Part shown: in pieces, positions 9,833 through 19,941 of the stretch
How the letters are laid out: each line of letters opens with the position of its first letter
Position numbering within the stretch: the first letter of the stretch is position 1
Assembly: GCA_965216875.1 (NCBI GenBank)
Contig: OZ244207.1
Location: forward strand, 608,001 to 672,000
Length of the DNA: 64,000 bases
DNA from: Rubripirellula sp.
GTDB lineage: Bacteria; Planctomycetota; Planctomycetia; Pirellulales; Pirellulaceae
Direction of reading: 5' to 3'
Program-made: the position numbers and the translations under genes
The notes under the pieces: model-generated
What the model saw: only the letters and a program-made list of their open reading frames with translations
The model's database searches: none
Told to the model about the DNA's origin: nothing

Positions 9833-10957
9833 GTGTCAGAGTATCAATGGGTTGAGTTTCGCGCCGTTGACGCCCCGCTTAACGATGCAGCGTTGGAATT
9901 CATGCACGACCAATCGACGCGTGCCGAAATCGACCGTTGGAGATTCGTCAACGAGTACCACTGGGGCGATTTCCGCGGCGATGTCTCTGAGATGATGCGC
10001 CGAGGTTACGATGTCCACGTTCATTACGCCAACTTCGGCATTCGTCGAATTTGTCTTCGGATTCCCGATGGATTTCTGCACTCGGAGGAATTGGAGTCTT
10101 ACCTTCTCGAATATGAGATCAAATGGGATCCAGACGACGAGGGCGACGGTGGTGTCCTCACGTTGGAACCGGAAGGAGACGCCGGCACGTGGGACTGGAT
10201 GGAAGATATCGAGTCGTTGGCAAGTGATCTGACACCACTGCGTGAGATGATCATCACCGGCGATTTCCGGCCTCTGTATATCGCTCACGTTGCCTTCAAC
10301 TACGACGACGAGGCGATCGAACCACCAGTTCCTCCCGGGCTAGATGGTCAGCACCATGCCCTCGACCGACTTTGCGAGTTCTATGAGATTGATCCCAATC
10401 TCGTTTCGATTGCGGCAGAGGCCTCTCCGCAGCTCAAGTCGTCGACAATGGAAGATGCGATCATTGACTCTTGGCTCAAACAGCAATCAAAAGCTGATTT
10501 GATCAAAGGCTTGGGAAACTGCCTGCGCGAGCCCACGCGGCACCCAATGCAGTTGCTCAGAAAGATCACGGCAGAATCAGCCGCCCCAGTCGTGTTTCAG
10601 TCGGGCAGACGAACGATCATGGAGTTACGCCGGCGAGTCAAAGAGATCGACGCTCAGCAAGAACGTGAACGCAAAACTGCAGCGGCGAACGTAGCGGAAC
10701 GCCGTCGCATCGAAGCCGGGCAAGCTCTTCACGCGAAGCTGGACCAAATCGCAAAGAATCCTAGTAAGTGCATTGCGCGAATCGACGCAGCGATCACGAA
10801 ACGAAACCGCCCGGCTTACGTGCGAGCCGCCGAAGAGCTCACACTACTCGCAAAGGCATGCGGAGCTTCGAAGGCAATCGCAAAGGCGAAGTCCATCCGC
10901 GAAAAATATCCCACTCGCACCGCGCTGAGCATCGAACTCAAGAAGGTCGGGTTTTAG
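9833..10957 (+). CDS. Conserved hypothetical protein
   Basis: 374-aa ORF with upstream GGAGG; no recognised domain. Confidence 0.8.
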   Translation: MSEYQWVEFRAVDAPLNDAALEFMHDQSTRAEIDRWRFVNEYHWGDFRGDVSEMMRRGYDVHVHYANFGIRRICLRIPDGFLHSEELESYLLEYEIKWDPDDEGDGGVLTLEPEGDAGTWDWMEDIESLASDLTPLREMIITGDFRPLYIAHVAFNYDDEAIEPPVPPGLDGQHHALDRLCEFYEIDPNLVSIAAEASPQLKSSTMEDAIIDSWLKQQSKADLIKGLGNCLREPTRHPMQLLRKITAESAAPVVFQSGRRTIMELRRRVKEIDAQQERERKTAAANVAERRRIEAGQALHAKLDQIAKNPSKCIARIDAAITKRNRPAYVRAAEELTLLAKACGASKAIAKAKSIREKYPTRTALSIELKKVGF

Positions 10958-11714
10958 GGTTCAACAAAAGAGAGGTAAGCGGGTTGTTTCGGGGTTTCCA
11001 AATGGCACCGTTCCCCCGCCCCAATTTCAAACTTCACCCTTCAAGAAATTTGGTTAACTTTCTCCAGGACTGCGGGAGCGGCGCTCGGGTATATCACGCG
11101 ATGTTCGACGCCCTCTCCGATTTGGTTGTTGATCCGCAATCTTCTGTGCCGGGCCCACTTAAATCGGTATCTTCCAAGAGACGAGATCGCATCATTGCTG
11201 AAATAGCAGACCGTCTTCTCGATGCCGAAAAATGAATCGCACCGCGTCTGGACTGCACATGAAATGCCGATTCGATCTTTGGTTCTTTCAATTGCTAACG
11301 TCAAACTGGGGATGGCGAGACGTTAAAGAGTCCTTCGCGCGAAACACCCGATCCTATCCCCGCTCCCGCTGTAACCAACTGGGTAAACGGGTTCGAATCG
11401 ATCGTTCCCCGGTGAGGCGGGCCAAGGTACAATACGATCGCCACTCGCCACACGCCGGATCGAATAACAAGCAATTCATACGATGGTCACCACTGAAATC
11501 GAGCGTGAATACCGGCGACGCTGCCAGGCAATGTCGCCTGCAGAAAGATTTTCCAGGAGCGCAGCGATGTTCGCCTAGACCAGCGACCAAATGGCCCGGC
11601 GGATTCGTGATGTCGAACCCGAACTTTCCCATGATGAGATCAAGTGGCGGGTCGCATTGAAGCTCAATAAGAGCGAACCTGAAGTGGTCAAGCTGATTCA
11701 GGAGCACATGGCCC

Positions 11715-12050
11715 GTGTTTCCCGTTGAGGCTGTCGAAAGAACGATTGGAAAGTTCGTCGCGATCGCTGAAACCATAGAGCTTCCGTTCCACTTGACCGG
11801 TGGATCAGTCAGTTCAGCATACGGAGAGCCCCGTCTAACTCAAGGCATTGATTTTGTCGTGTCCCCGGGAGTCGCTGAGCGACGTGCCGAAGACATGATT
11901 CAGCTATTTTCTGCCTCTGACTTTCTATTCACAGAGACCGTTGTTAGACAAGCAGTAGAGTCTGGCGATCTATTTCAGTTACTTGACGAGTCGGAATGCT
12001 TGAAACTCGACGTTTATCCAAGAGAGCTAATCCCTGCAGAACTCCAATAA
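11715..12050 (+). pseudogene. Truncated nucleotidyltransferase-fold protein
   Basis: LTGGSVSSAYGEPRLTQGIDFV resembles the GG..R.T.D.D motif; ends prematurely. Confidence 0.55.
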
Positions 12051-12149
12051 GTAGTTGTTGTCACCTGCAATTGCTGTTTTTGTAAAGTAAAAATGACGAT
12101 AAAAACGCATCCATGGAAACTTGGTGTTTTACTATTTAAACCGATCGAG

Positions 12150-12469
12150 TATCTCCAAAATGCTGCGAGAGTAACGAGTGTCGCACTGCCCATTCTTGCG
12201 AACGTCCGAAACAACTCTGGCCGCGGCTGATTTCGTTTCCGGATCGATGCAGCTACCTAGCCTGGCAATAGCGGCAGTTCGTCTTCGTCGCCATCAAACG
12301 CGTCGGCCAATTTGTGGATGAGCTTCTCCGGCGGATAATCGTCAAAATACAGTTTTCCGTTTTCATCCTTGTTGATGTACGACACGTTTACGGACAAGCG
12401 ATTCGTTAGCGATTGCTTAGTCATTTCCGCTGAATTCTGAGTGATCGAACTCGTTCACCCGAACTTCAT
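12150..12469 (-). pseudogene. Degraded XRE-family HTH regulator
   Basis: MKFG/frameshift/ERVRSLRIQRKMTKQSL..VSYINKDENGKL..YPPEKLIHKLADA with an internal stop. Confidence 0.6.
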
Positions 12470-12739
12470 GAGCTGGCCCATCCCGGCTGTCGCCCATGAT
12501 TGTGCCCACCCCTGCAGAAGGGTAAGCTAGCGACACTCTTAGGTCAAGCAGCATGCGTGCGGGGCGGAGATGTCCAAAGAATGCATTGAACAATCTACGT
12601 ATACGTCAGAGCTTGAGGAGGCTTACAGCAGTGCACGTTACCCATTCGACTTCTCATGCTCCGGTGCTCGTGATTATCTCTTGAACACAGCCGTAGATTC
12701 TGCGTCTGTGTTTCTCGATGAGTTCCAAGGAAGTGGTGC

Positions 12740-15700
12740 ATGAACAAGCATGATCTTATGGAAGACGAGATCACTGGCTGGGCCAAGTTTTGGGCGACGT
12801 GCACGCGGCTTCTGACGACTTATCCCGATCGCCCAGCAACAATGAGTGGCGAATCTGAGGCGAAAAAGCTTGAAAGCAGGCTGAAAATGCTTGCCGAAGA
12901 AATGCTTCCACTGCTTTGTGAAAGCGAATACTGGCTTGCAGACGCATCGGTGGGCAAAGGGAACTGGGCGGCAGTTCCTTGGGTCGCGATCTTTGACTCT
13001 CGGGAGTCAAGCAGTGCTCAGAAGGGGGTCTATCCTGTAATACATTTTTCTCCTGAAGAGCCGGTTGGAATTCGAATCGGACTTGGAGTTGCCGCCACCG
13101 AGTTTAAGTCACAGGCGAATGAGAAGGCCGCAGAAGTTCATTCGGAGCTTTCAACCGAAGAACGCCAAGAACTAGAGAGCGCTGGCTTCCTGGATGTTGT
13201 CGATGGTGACGGTGTTCGAGTGGAGATGGGGACCGGCAACCTCGCGAAAAAATACGCCCGTGGAATGATACTCGAGCGTTTCGTTCCGTTTGATGAGCTA
13301 AAGGCGACACCGAGAGAGTTGACGTCCTCGCTGCAATCGCTGGTTGAGATTTACAAGGCTTGGACGGATCGAAAGCAGGATCGCTCGGGCCACTCTGCCC
13401 ACGCGTCGTTCCTAAATTTGATGCGGACCTACGCCGCAGAAAAGGTTGTATTTCTTAGCCCGAAACGCGATGCCCGGTATTACGTCAGTGATGTCAACGA
13501 CAAAGGTTGCTCTGTTGAGCGACTTGACTCAGACAAGGCTGAGCGTGTTACGGAGTCTGGCTATCAGAGTAGACGCAACTGGCTGCGGGAACAGGGTGGA
13601 GCGGCAGAGCGCGAAAAGCTTGACAATACTGTCGCGCGACACATGTGCTATCTGCAGTCCGCCGACATGTGCCTCGAATCGGACCGGCATACAGCACGGT
13701 ACTTGCCCGATCACCAGGTGGCCTGTGAACAGTTTATCTCGCATGTCATCGAGATCAGTTCTCCCACGCGATATAAGCCAGTCATACTCTCATTGGTGAT
13801 TGAAGCAGTTCGCGACGGCGATCTAACCGAGAATCGGATTACGTTCGACTGGCTACTCCCGCGGTTTATCGACCGACTTGCCAGGTTTGAACAAGAAGTC
13901 GGTGAGCAACAGCTTGCAGAGGGTTTCGCCCGAATGGCATCGACGTCTGGAGCGTTTTGGCTTCTCGCCTACGACGATCCTCATCATCAACTTTCCGAAA
14001 AGCCCGATGCCAGCCAGATTAAGCGCAGGATCTCCCATGCTCGACTCCATGAAGCGTTCTGGAACGCTATTCAGCAACCGTCTCTTCAGCAACACATACT
14101 TGACGCGATCGGCCAGAAGTGGTGGCCAGATATGACAAACATTGAGCCGAACAACATATGGCTTGTGCCAGCCTCGGATAGCGCATCACGAATTAATGCT
14201 GATCGCACCCTCGCCACGAAGATCGATAAGAACATCCCTGAGAGGTGTGGGTTATCCAGCGACGGAAATCGTTACGCCTGGGGTACACAAGAGCACAATC
14301 GCTCTGACTGGCAAAGAATGCTTCCTGGTGATTTGTGCCTGATGTACACCCAATCCCATGAAAAGCCGAGCAAAGGCTACTACTACGCCGGCCGCGTTTC
14401 AGCCACGTACGATTCGGCCGAAGTTGCAACGGAACTTTGGAATGATGAAGCATTTCGATTGCTTTTCTTTTTCGACGAGATTCACGAAGTCGATTTTTCG
14501 GTTGAAGAAGTTACCGATGCGTTAAACGAATTTGCGGACTATCAACCCAAAGCTCCATTGGGATTTCGGCGTGTTCGTGAAGATGTCGCGAATGCACTTG
14601 CCGAGAAATATGGTTCCATTTGGAAATGGTTTCAACAAAAACTTCTGCGTATCGAAGGAGGCACGATGGAGCTTTCGAAATGCGTTGGCGAATTAATAGA
14701 GGGCATCGCCGCAGAGGGTTTTGTCTTTCATCCCTGGCAGATTGCAACCTTCGTGACCGCATTGAGAACGAAGCCCTTCGTAATCCTGGCGGGTGTGTCG
14801 GGAACGGGAAAATCGAAACTGCCTGCACTAGTCGCGAAGCTGACGACGGGCAAGATCGAGCGAGTGTCAGTGCGCCCCGATTGGACTGACAGCGCTGACG
14901 TGTTGGGTTACGTCGATTTGCAAGATCAGTTTCGCCCCGGAGTTGTGCTTCAGGCGGCTCAGGCGGCTTCGAAGGATGGTGAGCATTACCATCTCTGTTT
15001 GTTGGACGAAATGAATCTCGCGCGTGTTGAACACTACTTTGCTGAAGTGCTCAGTGCGATCGAAGATCGCCATCCATCTGCCGACGGAGGATACGAAACG
15101 ACAAAATTGGTAGCCCAAGCTCTGCCAGCCGGTTTTGAACAATGGCAAGAACAGACGATACCCGCCAATTTCGGCATCGTGGGAACGGTCAATATGGACG
15201 AGAGCTCGCACGGTTTTAGCCGCAAGGTGCTTGATCGAGCGTTTACCCTCGAGCTCTCGGAAGTTGATTTGGATCTCGGGCAGTCAAGACCGTCCGAGGA
15301 CGTCGAGCCAGCTCAATGGTTGCCGTCATTTTGGCATTGTCGTGCCACTCGTATTTCCGAGTGCGATCCTGATGATCCCAAGTTTCGGTCGGCCGCCAAG
15401 AAAGCGACCGAAGCGCTTCAGCGAGTTAACGAGTGCTTGATGCATAGTCAGTTGCAAGTCGGTTACCGAACACGTGACGAGGTGATTCTGTTTCTTTTGA
15501 ATGCCGACGAACTGAGCGATTTGTTCATCACACGAGATCGCAAAACGGTCGATCCGTTGGACCTGGCATTGATGATGAAGGTGCTGCCGAGGCTGGTGGG
15601 TGGTAGCAATGCAATTCGGCGGACCATGACCGGGCTGCTGGGACTTTCGCACGGGCAATCAATGAGTGAGCCCGATGATGCCGAGACTTTGGTCGAAAAT

Positions 15701-15820
15701 TGGGTTTCCGCTGGGCGACCGGACACCGTTGATGGGGTAACTTATCCGCGAACTGCATCACGGCTGTGTTTGATGTGGGAGCGTTTGACTTACGAAGGCT
15801 ACACGTCATTCTGGTTGTAG
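12740..15820 (+). CDS. mcrB: McrB-family AAA+ GTPase with several N-terminal DNA-reader domains
   Basis: GVSGTGKS, LLDEMN, GTVNMDE; N-terminal DUF3578-like SVGKGNWAAVPWVAIFD. Confidence 0.88.
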   Translation: MNKHDLMEDEITGWAKFWATCTRLLTTYPDRPATMSGESEAKKLESRLKMLAEEMLPLLCESEYWLADASVGKGNWAAVPWVAIFDSRESSSAQKGVYPVIHFSPEEPVGIRIGLGVAATEFKSQANEKAAEVHSELSTEERQELESAGFLDVVDGDGVRVEMGTGNLAKKYARGMILERFVPFDELKATPRELTSSLQSLVEIYKAWTDRKQDRSGHSAHASFLNLMRTYAAEKVVFLSPKRDARYYVSDVNDKGCSVERLDSDKAERVTESGYQSRRNWLREQGGAAEREKLDNTVARHMCYLQSADMCLESDRHTARYLPDHQVACEQFISHVIEISSPTRYKPVILSLVIEAVRDGDLTENRITFDWLLPRFIDRLARFEQEVGEQQLAEGFARMASTSGAFWLLAYDDPHHQLSEKPDASQIKRRISHARLHEAFWNAIQQPSLQQHILDAIGQKWWPDMTNIEPNNIWLVPASDSASRINADRTLATKIDKNIPERCGLSSDGNRYAWGTQEHNRSDWQRMLPGDLCLMYTQSHEKPSKGYYYAGRVSATYDSAEVATELWNDEAFRLLFFFDEIHEVDFSVEEVTDALNEFADYQPKAPLGFRRVREDVANALAEKYGSIWKWFQQKLLRIEGGTMELSKCVGELIEGIAAEGFVFHPWQIATFVTALRTKPFVILAGVSGTGKSKLPALVAKLTTGKIERVSVRPDWTDSADVLGYVDLQDQFRPGVVLQAAQAASKDGEHYHLCLLDEMNLARVEHYFAEVLSAIEDRHPSADGGYETTKLVAQALPAGFEQWQEQTIPANFGIVGTVNMDESSHGFSRKVLDRAFTLELSEVDLDLGQSRPSEDVEPAQWLPSFWHCRATRISECDPDDPKFRSAAKKATEALQRVNECLMHSQLQVGYRTRDEVILFLLNADELSDLFITRDRKTVDPLDLALMMKVLPRLVGGSNAIRRTMTGLLGLSHGQSMSEPDDAETLVENWVSAGRPDTVDGVTYPRTASRLCLMWERLTYEGYTSFWL

Positions 15821-15822
15821 CC

Positions 15823-18309
15823 ATGAAGCATCTTTTCCGTATCGCAACCAATCGATTCACGCTGGACTGGCACCGCGTCCGCGAGACCGACCCCGCGGTT
15901 TTGGCTCAAGCGATGCCCGTGATGGGATTGTTGAGAATGGTGCCGCACGATAGCGGACTCCAGTGGCGGGATTTGATGATGCGCAGCGGTGTGCCTGACG
16001 CAACTGCCGGAGACGCCAGCGATCCGAGTGGGCCACCGTTATACGAGCAGACGGAATACCAACTTTACCTCCGAGGCGCAAACGATGGCGACACGGTGGA
16101 AATGCGGCATCGCGATCCCGTCATCACTCGCTCGCTCAACTCGCAGGAGAACGGGCGAGTCGTCCATGGATCGGTGAACTTTCGCGGCCAGATCGGTCGA
16201 AGTTTGTTCTCGGTCTATGTCAATGGAAAGCGGACGTTGGACTTCGAGGTCGAAGTTTTTCCAACAAAAATTGACTATGCTTCGGATTACCAAGACATCG
16301 TCGCCGACGTGCAGTCAATTCTGATAAATCTGGCGTACGAATACTTGCGATCGACATACCAGATGGGCAAGCTTTCCGGTGATCGCCCACCGTCGAAGCT
16401 GGAATGGCTTGTTTTGATCGAGCAGATCATCGACGAACTCGATACCGCGATGAATCATATCGCACAGCAACCGACACGAGCGCTGATCCGACGGGAGCGA
16501 ACGACGCGGCTGGAACGCATACGGCGTGTCGATTCACGGGTGCGTTCGCAGGTGCGACGCGGTCAGGGCAAGGGCTCGTTTATTCAACTAGGTGGGTTTT
16601 CTGCTCGGCAGCAAATAACGCAACGTCCGGCAGAATTGACCTTGGACACGATGGAGCATCGTTGGCTTCGAAACCAGCTTGTAGCCGTTCAACGGTCGCT
16701 AGGACAAATCGCCGCGATCTACGATTCTGAACTTGAGTTGTCTTCGCGGCGCAAGCGTACATTCGCAGGAATCGCTCGATTGGAAACACGCGTGTCGCGG
16801 CTGTTAAGTTTGGAGCCGATGAAAGAGGCCGACGGTGATCCTCCGGTCGGATTCGCGTCACTACAGCTGGTGTCGGCCCCCGGTTATCGCGAGGCCTATC
16901 GGCTACTGATGTTCCTGAAGATGGGGCTACGGTTGGAGGGTGATCTTGTTAGGCTCTCACTCAAGGACTTGGAGGTGCTGTACGAATATTGGACCTACTT
17001 GACCGTCGTTCGCATCATCCAGGATGAACATGGATCACCCGAAAATCTTGACTCTCTGTTCCGACTGCGATCATCTGGCCTGTCTGTCCTGTTGAAACAG
17101 GGGAAAACACAACAGGTTGCCTTCAAGGCAGGACACCACCGAACCATTCGAGTCAAGTATAACCCTAAGTTTGCGAACCAAGAGACGACCTTAATTCCGC
17201 AGAAGCCCGATATCTTGATTCGCTTTGAAGAGGACGGCTGGCCCTTGATTCAACTGGTAGCGGACGCCAAATACCGACTCGACGCGACGGATCAGTACCG
17301 CCAACAATTCAAATCGTTCGGTCCGCCAACAGACGCGATCAATGTCCTACATCGGTACCGCGACGCAATTTTGGAATTTGACCGCAGCGAATCACAGTCA
17401 GCTGGCTTAAAACGCTCGGTCGTACAAGCTGCCGCACTGTTCCCGATGAACCAATTAGCCGGAGACGACTTCCGCGATAGTCGGCTTTGGCAATCCTTAG
17501 AGCGGCTTGGCGTTGGTGCTATTCCTGTGTTGCCGACCAACCAAGCACTCCTAAAAGAGTGGCTGATGTCGTCGCTAAGGCAGGGCGGATGGTCGATGGC
17601 GGATAGAGCTATTGCCAATTTGGTGGACGAGCGGGCCAGGGATTGGCGTATCGCAGCGAGTGAGCCGGTCCTGGTTGGAACATTGAGGTCGCCTGGGGGA
17701 CGCGAGCATTTGGATTGGGTGCGCAGCGAACGCCGCTACTACCATCCATTCGCCAAAAAACAGCGACGCCAATACACGGTCAAGCAAGTAGCGATCTACA
17801 TTCCCACCGGATTTGAAGTGCCAAACGGAATCCGCTATGTCGCAGATGTGAAACATCTTGAAATTATTGATCGTTCCGAGATTCCGACACCATGGACGGC
17901 AAGACGCAACGAGAAGATGGTGCTGTATCATTTGGGGCCAGTTCACGAGCTGGCGCATGCTGTCGATTTCACGGTAGGCGATTCGATGCCGCCACGAGGA
18001 CGTTGGACGACGCGTCTGGGCCTGGAGCGAGCTCGGACGGTAAGCGAGATTGCTCTGGAGACAGAACCCGAATGGCGTCTTCGGGAATGGCTTCAAGCAA
18101 ACCGATTCAATCACTCCATCAAACTTGATCCACCGAAAGTACTAAGTTCCGAAAACCCGAAAGGTCGTGCGTGGTTTTGTTTCGACTCAGGGAATCGGTT
18201 GAGATTTGACGGCGCGAATCGCTTTCTAAGTCGCTCCGCAGATGGAATTGATCGCTATTACAAACTAGAAGAGCTACTTAAGCACGACCTTAATTCAGCC
18301 GGTCCGTGA
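15823..18309 (+). CDS. McrC-like DUF2357 / PD-(D/E)XK nuclease
   Basis: LYEYW, QKPD..DAKYR, INVLHRYRDAI; 2 nt after mcrB. Confidence 0.85.
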   Translation: MKHLFRIATNRFTLDWHRVRETDPAVLAQAMPVMGLLRMVPHDSGLQWRDLMMRSGVPDATAGDASDPSGPPLYEQTEYQLYLRGANDGDTVEMRHRDPVITRSLNSQENGRVVHGSVNFRGQIGRSLFSVYVNGKRTLDFEVEVFPTKIDYASDYQDIVADVQSILINLAYEYLRSTYQMGKLSGDRPPSKLEWLVLIEQIIDELDTAMNHIAQQPTRALIRRERTTRLERIRRVDSRVRSQVRRGQGKGSFIQLGGFSARQQITQRPAELTLDTMEHRWLRNQLVAVQRSLGQIAAIYDSELELSSRRKRTFAGIARLETRVSRLLSLEPMKEADGDPPVGFASLQLVSAPGYREAYRLLMFLKMGLRLEGDLVRLSLKDLEVLYEYWTYLTVVRIIQDEHGSPENLDSLFRLRSSGLSVLLKQGKTQQVAFKAGHHRTIRVKYNPKFANQETTLIPQKPDILIRFEEDGWPLIQLVADAKYRLDATDQYRQQFKSFGPPTDAINVLHRYRDAILEFDRSESQSAGLKRSVVQAAALFPMNQLAGDDFRDSRLWQSLERLGVGAIPVLPTNQALLKEWLMSSLRQGGWSMADRAIANLVDERARDWRIAASEPVLVGTLRSPGGREHLDWVRSERRYYHPFAKKQRRQYTVKQVAIYIPTGFEVPNGIRYVADVKHLEIIDRSEIPTPWTARRNEKMVLYHLGPVHELAHAVDFTVGDSMPPRGRWTTRLGLERARTVSEIALETEPEWRLREWLQANRFNHSIKLDPPKVLSSENPKGRAWFCFDSGNRLRFDGANRFLSRSADGIDRYYKLEELLKHDLNSAGP

Positions 18310-18471
18310 CCGGGCGAGGCGGGTGGATTCAAAGGACGAATCGATTGCAGGTTTAGCGAACTTGGCGGCGATGAGACGGAATTGCCTAAACGTCTAGGCT
18401 AATAGACCACCATTCAGAAAACGCCCGCGATGGCTGGCCTTTCCTGGGCGTATCGTTCTTGATGATTGGTC

Positions 18472-18795
18472 CTACAGTTCGTCTGCTTCGACCTCGCGGA
18501 CGAAGCGGTTGGTGTCGGACTCTAGGAAGCTGCTGACGACGTTGAACACGGCGTCGCTGAAGCCTCCGATGTTCAGGATGTCCTGGCGATCGGGGCTTGC
18601 GTGTTGCCGTATGGGGCGATGTCGATGCAGACCAACTTCGGATCAGCGATGCCGTGTCCGCGCTGAGTCTTCTTGAACTTGTCCCACTCGGTCATGACGC
18701 CAGTTGAACCGCCTCGGCCGAACCCGTAAGCACGTCCCGAGTTGATCCTGCTTTCGTTGTCGCTGACCAGGACGAGTTCCGCAAACGCACGCGAA
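18472..18795 (-). pseudogene. C-terminal vWA fragment of a Ro60/TROVE RNA-binding protein, with two frameshifts and the 5' part deleted
   Basis: Hand translation: [22 protein letters not shown] / [17 protein letters not shown] / [23 protein letters not shown]. Confidence 0.8.
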
Positions 18796-18799
18796 TGTC

Positions 18800-18895
18800 A
18801 CAGGGTCCGGCCCCGTATCTAGGTTTCCTGAGAAGGGGGCCGGCCGGGAGTCGAACCTGGTTAGCCATGTACTCCACTCCGGCAGTCGAATGTGT
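18800..18895 (-). ncRNA. Y-RNA-like module D, with T-arm and acceptor-like stem; 3' end apparently lost
   Basis: Shared motif TCGACTGC-N6-GGAGTACATG; CCAGG-TTCGACT-CCCGG; CCGGCCCC/GGGGCCGG stem. Confidence 0.6.
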
Positions 18896-18928
18896 TCGGT
18901 TAATGGTTGTGATGCAGTTCGAAAAAAA

Positions 18929-19074
18929 CGCGATCGACGAAGGTATGACCAGAGACTTTACGGTGCTCTGCCACTGAGCTACGGCCCGGCTATGGAAAGC
19001 AGTTGGGCCGGTGGGACTCGAACCCACGACACCCGGCTCCTGAAGCATGTACTCCGAATCGGCAGTCGATCGTG
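18929..19074 (-). ncRNA. YrlA-like Y RNA (module C) with a circularly permuted tRNA domain
   Basis: Terminal stem CGATCGAC/GTCGATCG plus U-run; T-arm GTGGGTTCGAGTCCCAC precedes a loop-closed acceptor stem and D-arm TAGCTCAGTGGCAGAGC; next to the Ro60 remnant. Confidence 0.8.
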
Positions 19075-19082
19075 TGCGATTG

Positions 19083-19448
19083 TTATTTTCGTTTCTTCTT
19101 CAAAGTCTTCCGCAACCGTTTCCACACCACGTGACCACTTTCCGGGTCAAGCCGGACGAGTTGGTTCTGGCGAGTGTCGAAGGTTTTGGTGCCGCCTTTC
19201 GGTCGCTTGGTGTAAACGAACGGCAGGCATACGGCGACGACTTTGAAAGGTTGACCCGCGTCACTGGGCATGTAACGGATCCGAACCGGCTCGTCCGCTG
19301 GAAGTGTGCTGCCAGAGCAGCTCCAGAGGAACGAAGGCAATTCGACGATCTCGTTCAAGACCGTGACGTAGTCTCCTTGTTTGATGTCTTCTCCGGCGAC
19401 TCGTGCTGCCACGGTCGTCTGGTAGTTGGTTTCAGTTGTAGTTTCCAT
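19083..19448 (-). CDS. Hypothetical protein with basic C-terminus inside the Y-RNA cluster
   Basis: 121-aa ORF co-oriented with the operon. Confidence 0.7.
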   Translation of the reverse strand: METTTETNYQTTVAARVAGEDIKQGDYVTVLNEIVELPSFLWSCSGSTLPADEPVRIRYMPSDAGQPFKVVAVCLPFVYTKRPKGGTKTFDTRQNQLVRLDPESGHVVWKRLRKTLKKKRK

Positions 19449-19450
19449 GG

Positions 19451-19587
19451 TTTCATATCGCTTGATGAAAGTAAGTTTTGAGTGTGCAAAGATTCCTCGA
19501 CGGACGCTCGATTACTCGGCGCCCGTGTTCGTAATGACGAAGAAATGAAATTGCACACGCATGGTTACTCTCACGAGCGATATGAAA
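19451..19587 (-). promoter_or_regulatory. Long nested stem-loop directly upstream of the 19448 start codon
   Basis: 12-bp TTTCATATCGCT/AGCGATATGAAA, 8-bp GTGTGCAA/TTGCACAC and inner hairpins. Confidence 0.55.
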
Positions 19588-19606
19588 AACGGCTGACGAA
19601 GCGTAT

Positions 19607-19689
19607 AGAAGTTTGAAGTGGGAAGTTCGAAATTTGAAACGGACTGCCATCCCTTTCTTCACACTTCACCATTCACTTTTGGAACTTCT
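19607..19689. repeat. Heptamer-periodic imperfect inverted repeat (GAAGT type)
   Basis: GAAGTTT GAAGTGG GAAGTTC GAAATTT ... CTTCACA CTTCACC ATTCACT. Confidence 0.6.
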
Positions 19690-19708
19690 CTCGTTGCCGT
19701 GTTTTGTA

Positions 19709-19929
19709 AAAGCCCGACGAAGTGGTCGTCGAGATCGCTGTTCACTGCCATCACTCGCGTGAGTGGAAGCAAACGCCGCTCTTACCGATCGCTTTCACGA
19801 TTGGCAGTGGGCACACACGATTGCATCTACGAGAGATGGAAACCGTGCTCACTACCTTCGGTTGCCCGAAGGATCGCTACCTTAGGACCGTCATAGTTAC
19901 GATGTAATCCCAACAGGCAGTCGAGCTTT
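19709..19929 (-). ncRNA. Y-RNA-like module B carrying a 23S rRNA H69-H71 sequence and multiple hairpins
   Basis: Terminal stem AAAGCTCGAC/GTCGGGCTTT, shared 5' motif, then CGTAACTATGACGGTCCTAAGGTAGCGA; GCAA and GAAA tetraloop hairpins. Confidence 0.7.
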
Positions 19930-19941
19930 GTGCTGGTTTGC

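Noticed and set aside
18929..19074. Two-piece tmRNA
   Set aside because: Too short, no tag ORF, and no G3:U70 alanine identity in the acceptor-like stem
19874..19901. 23S rRNA gene or group I intron exon
   Set aside because: Match is only 28 nt with no flanking rRNA, intron core or homing endonuclease; treated as an embedded mimic
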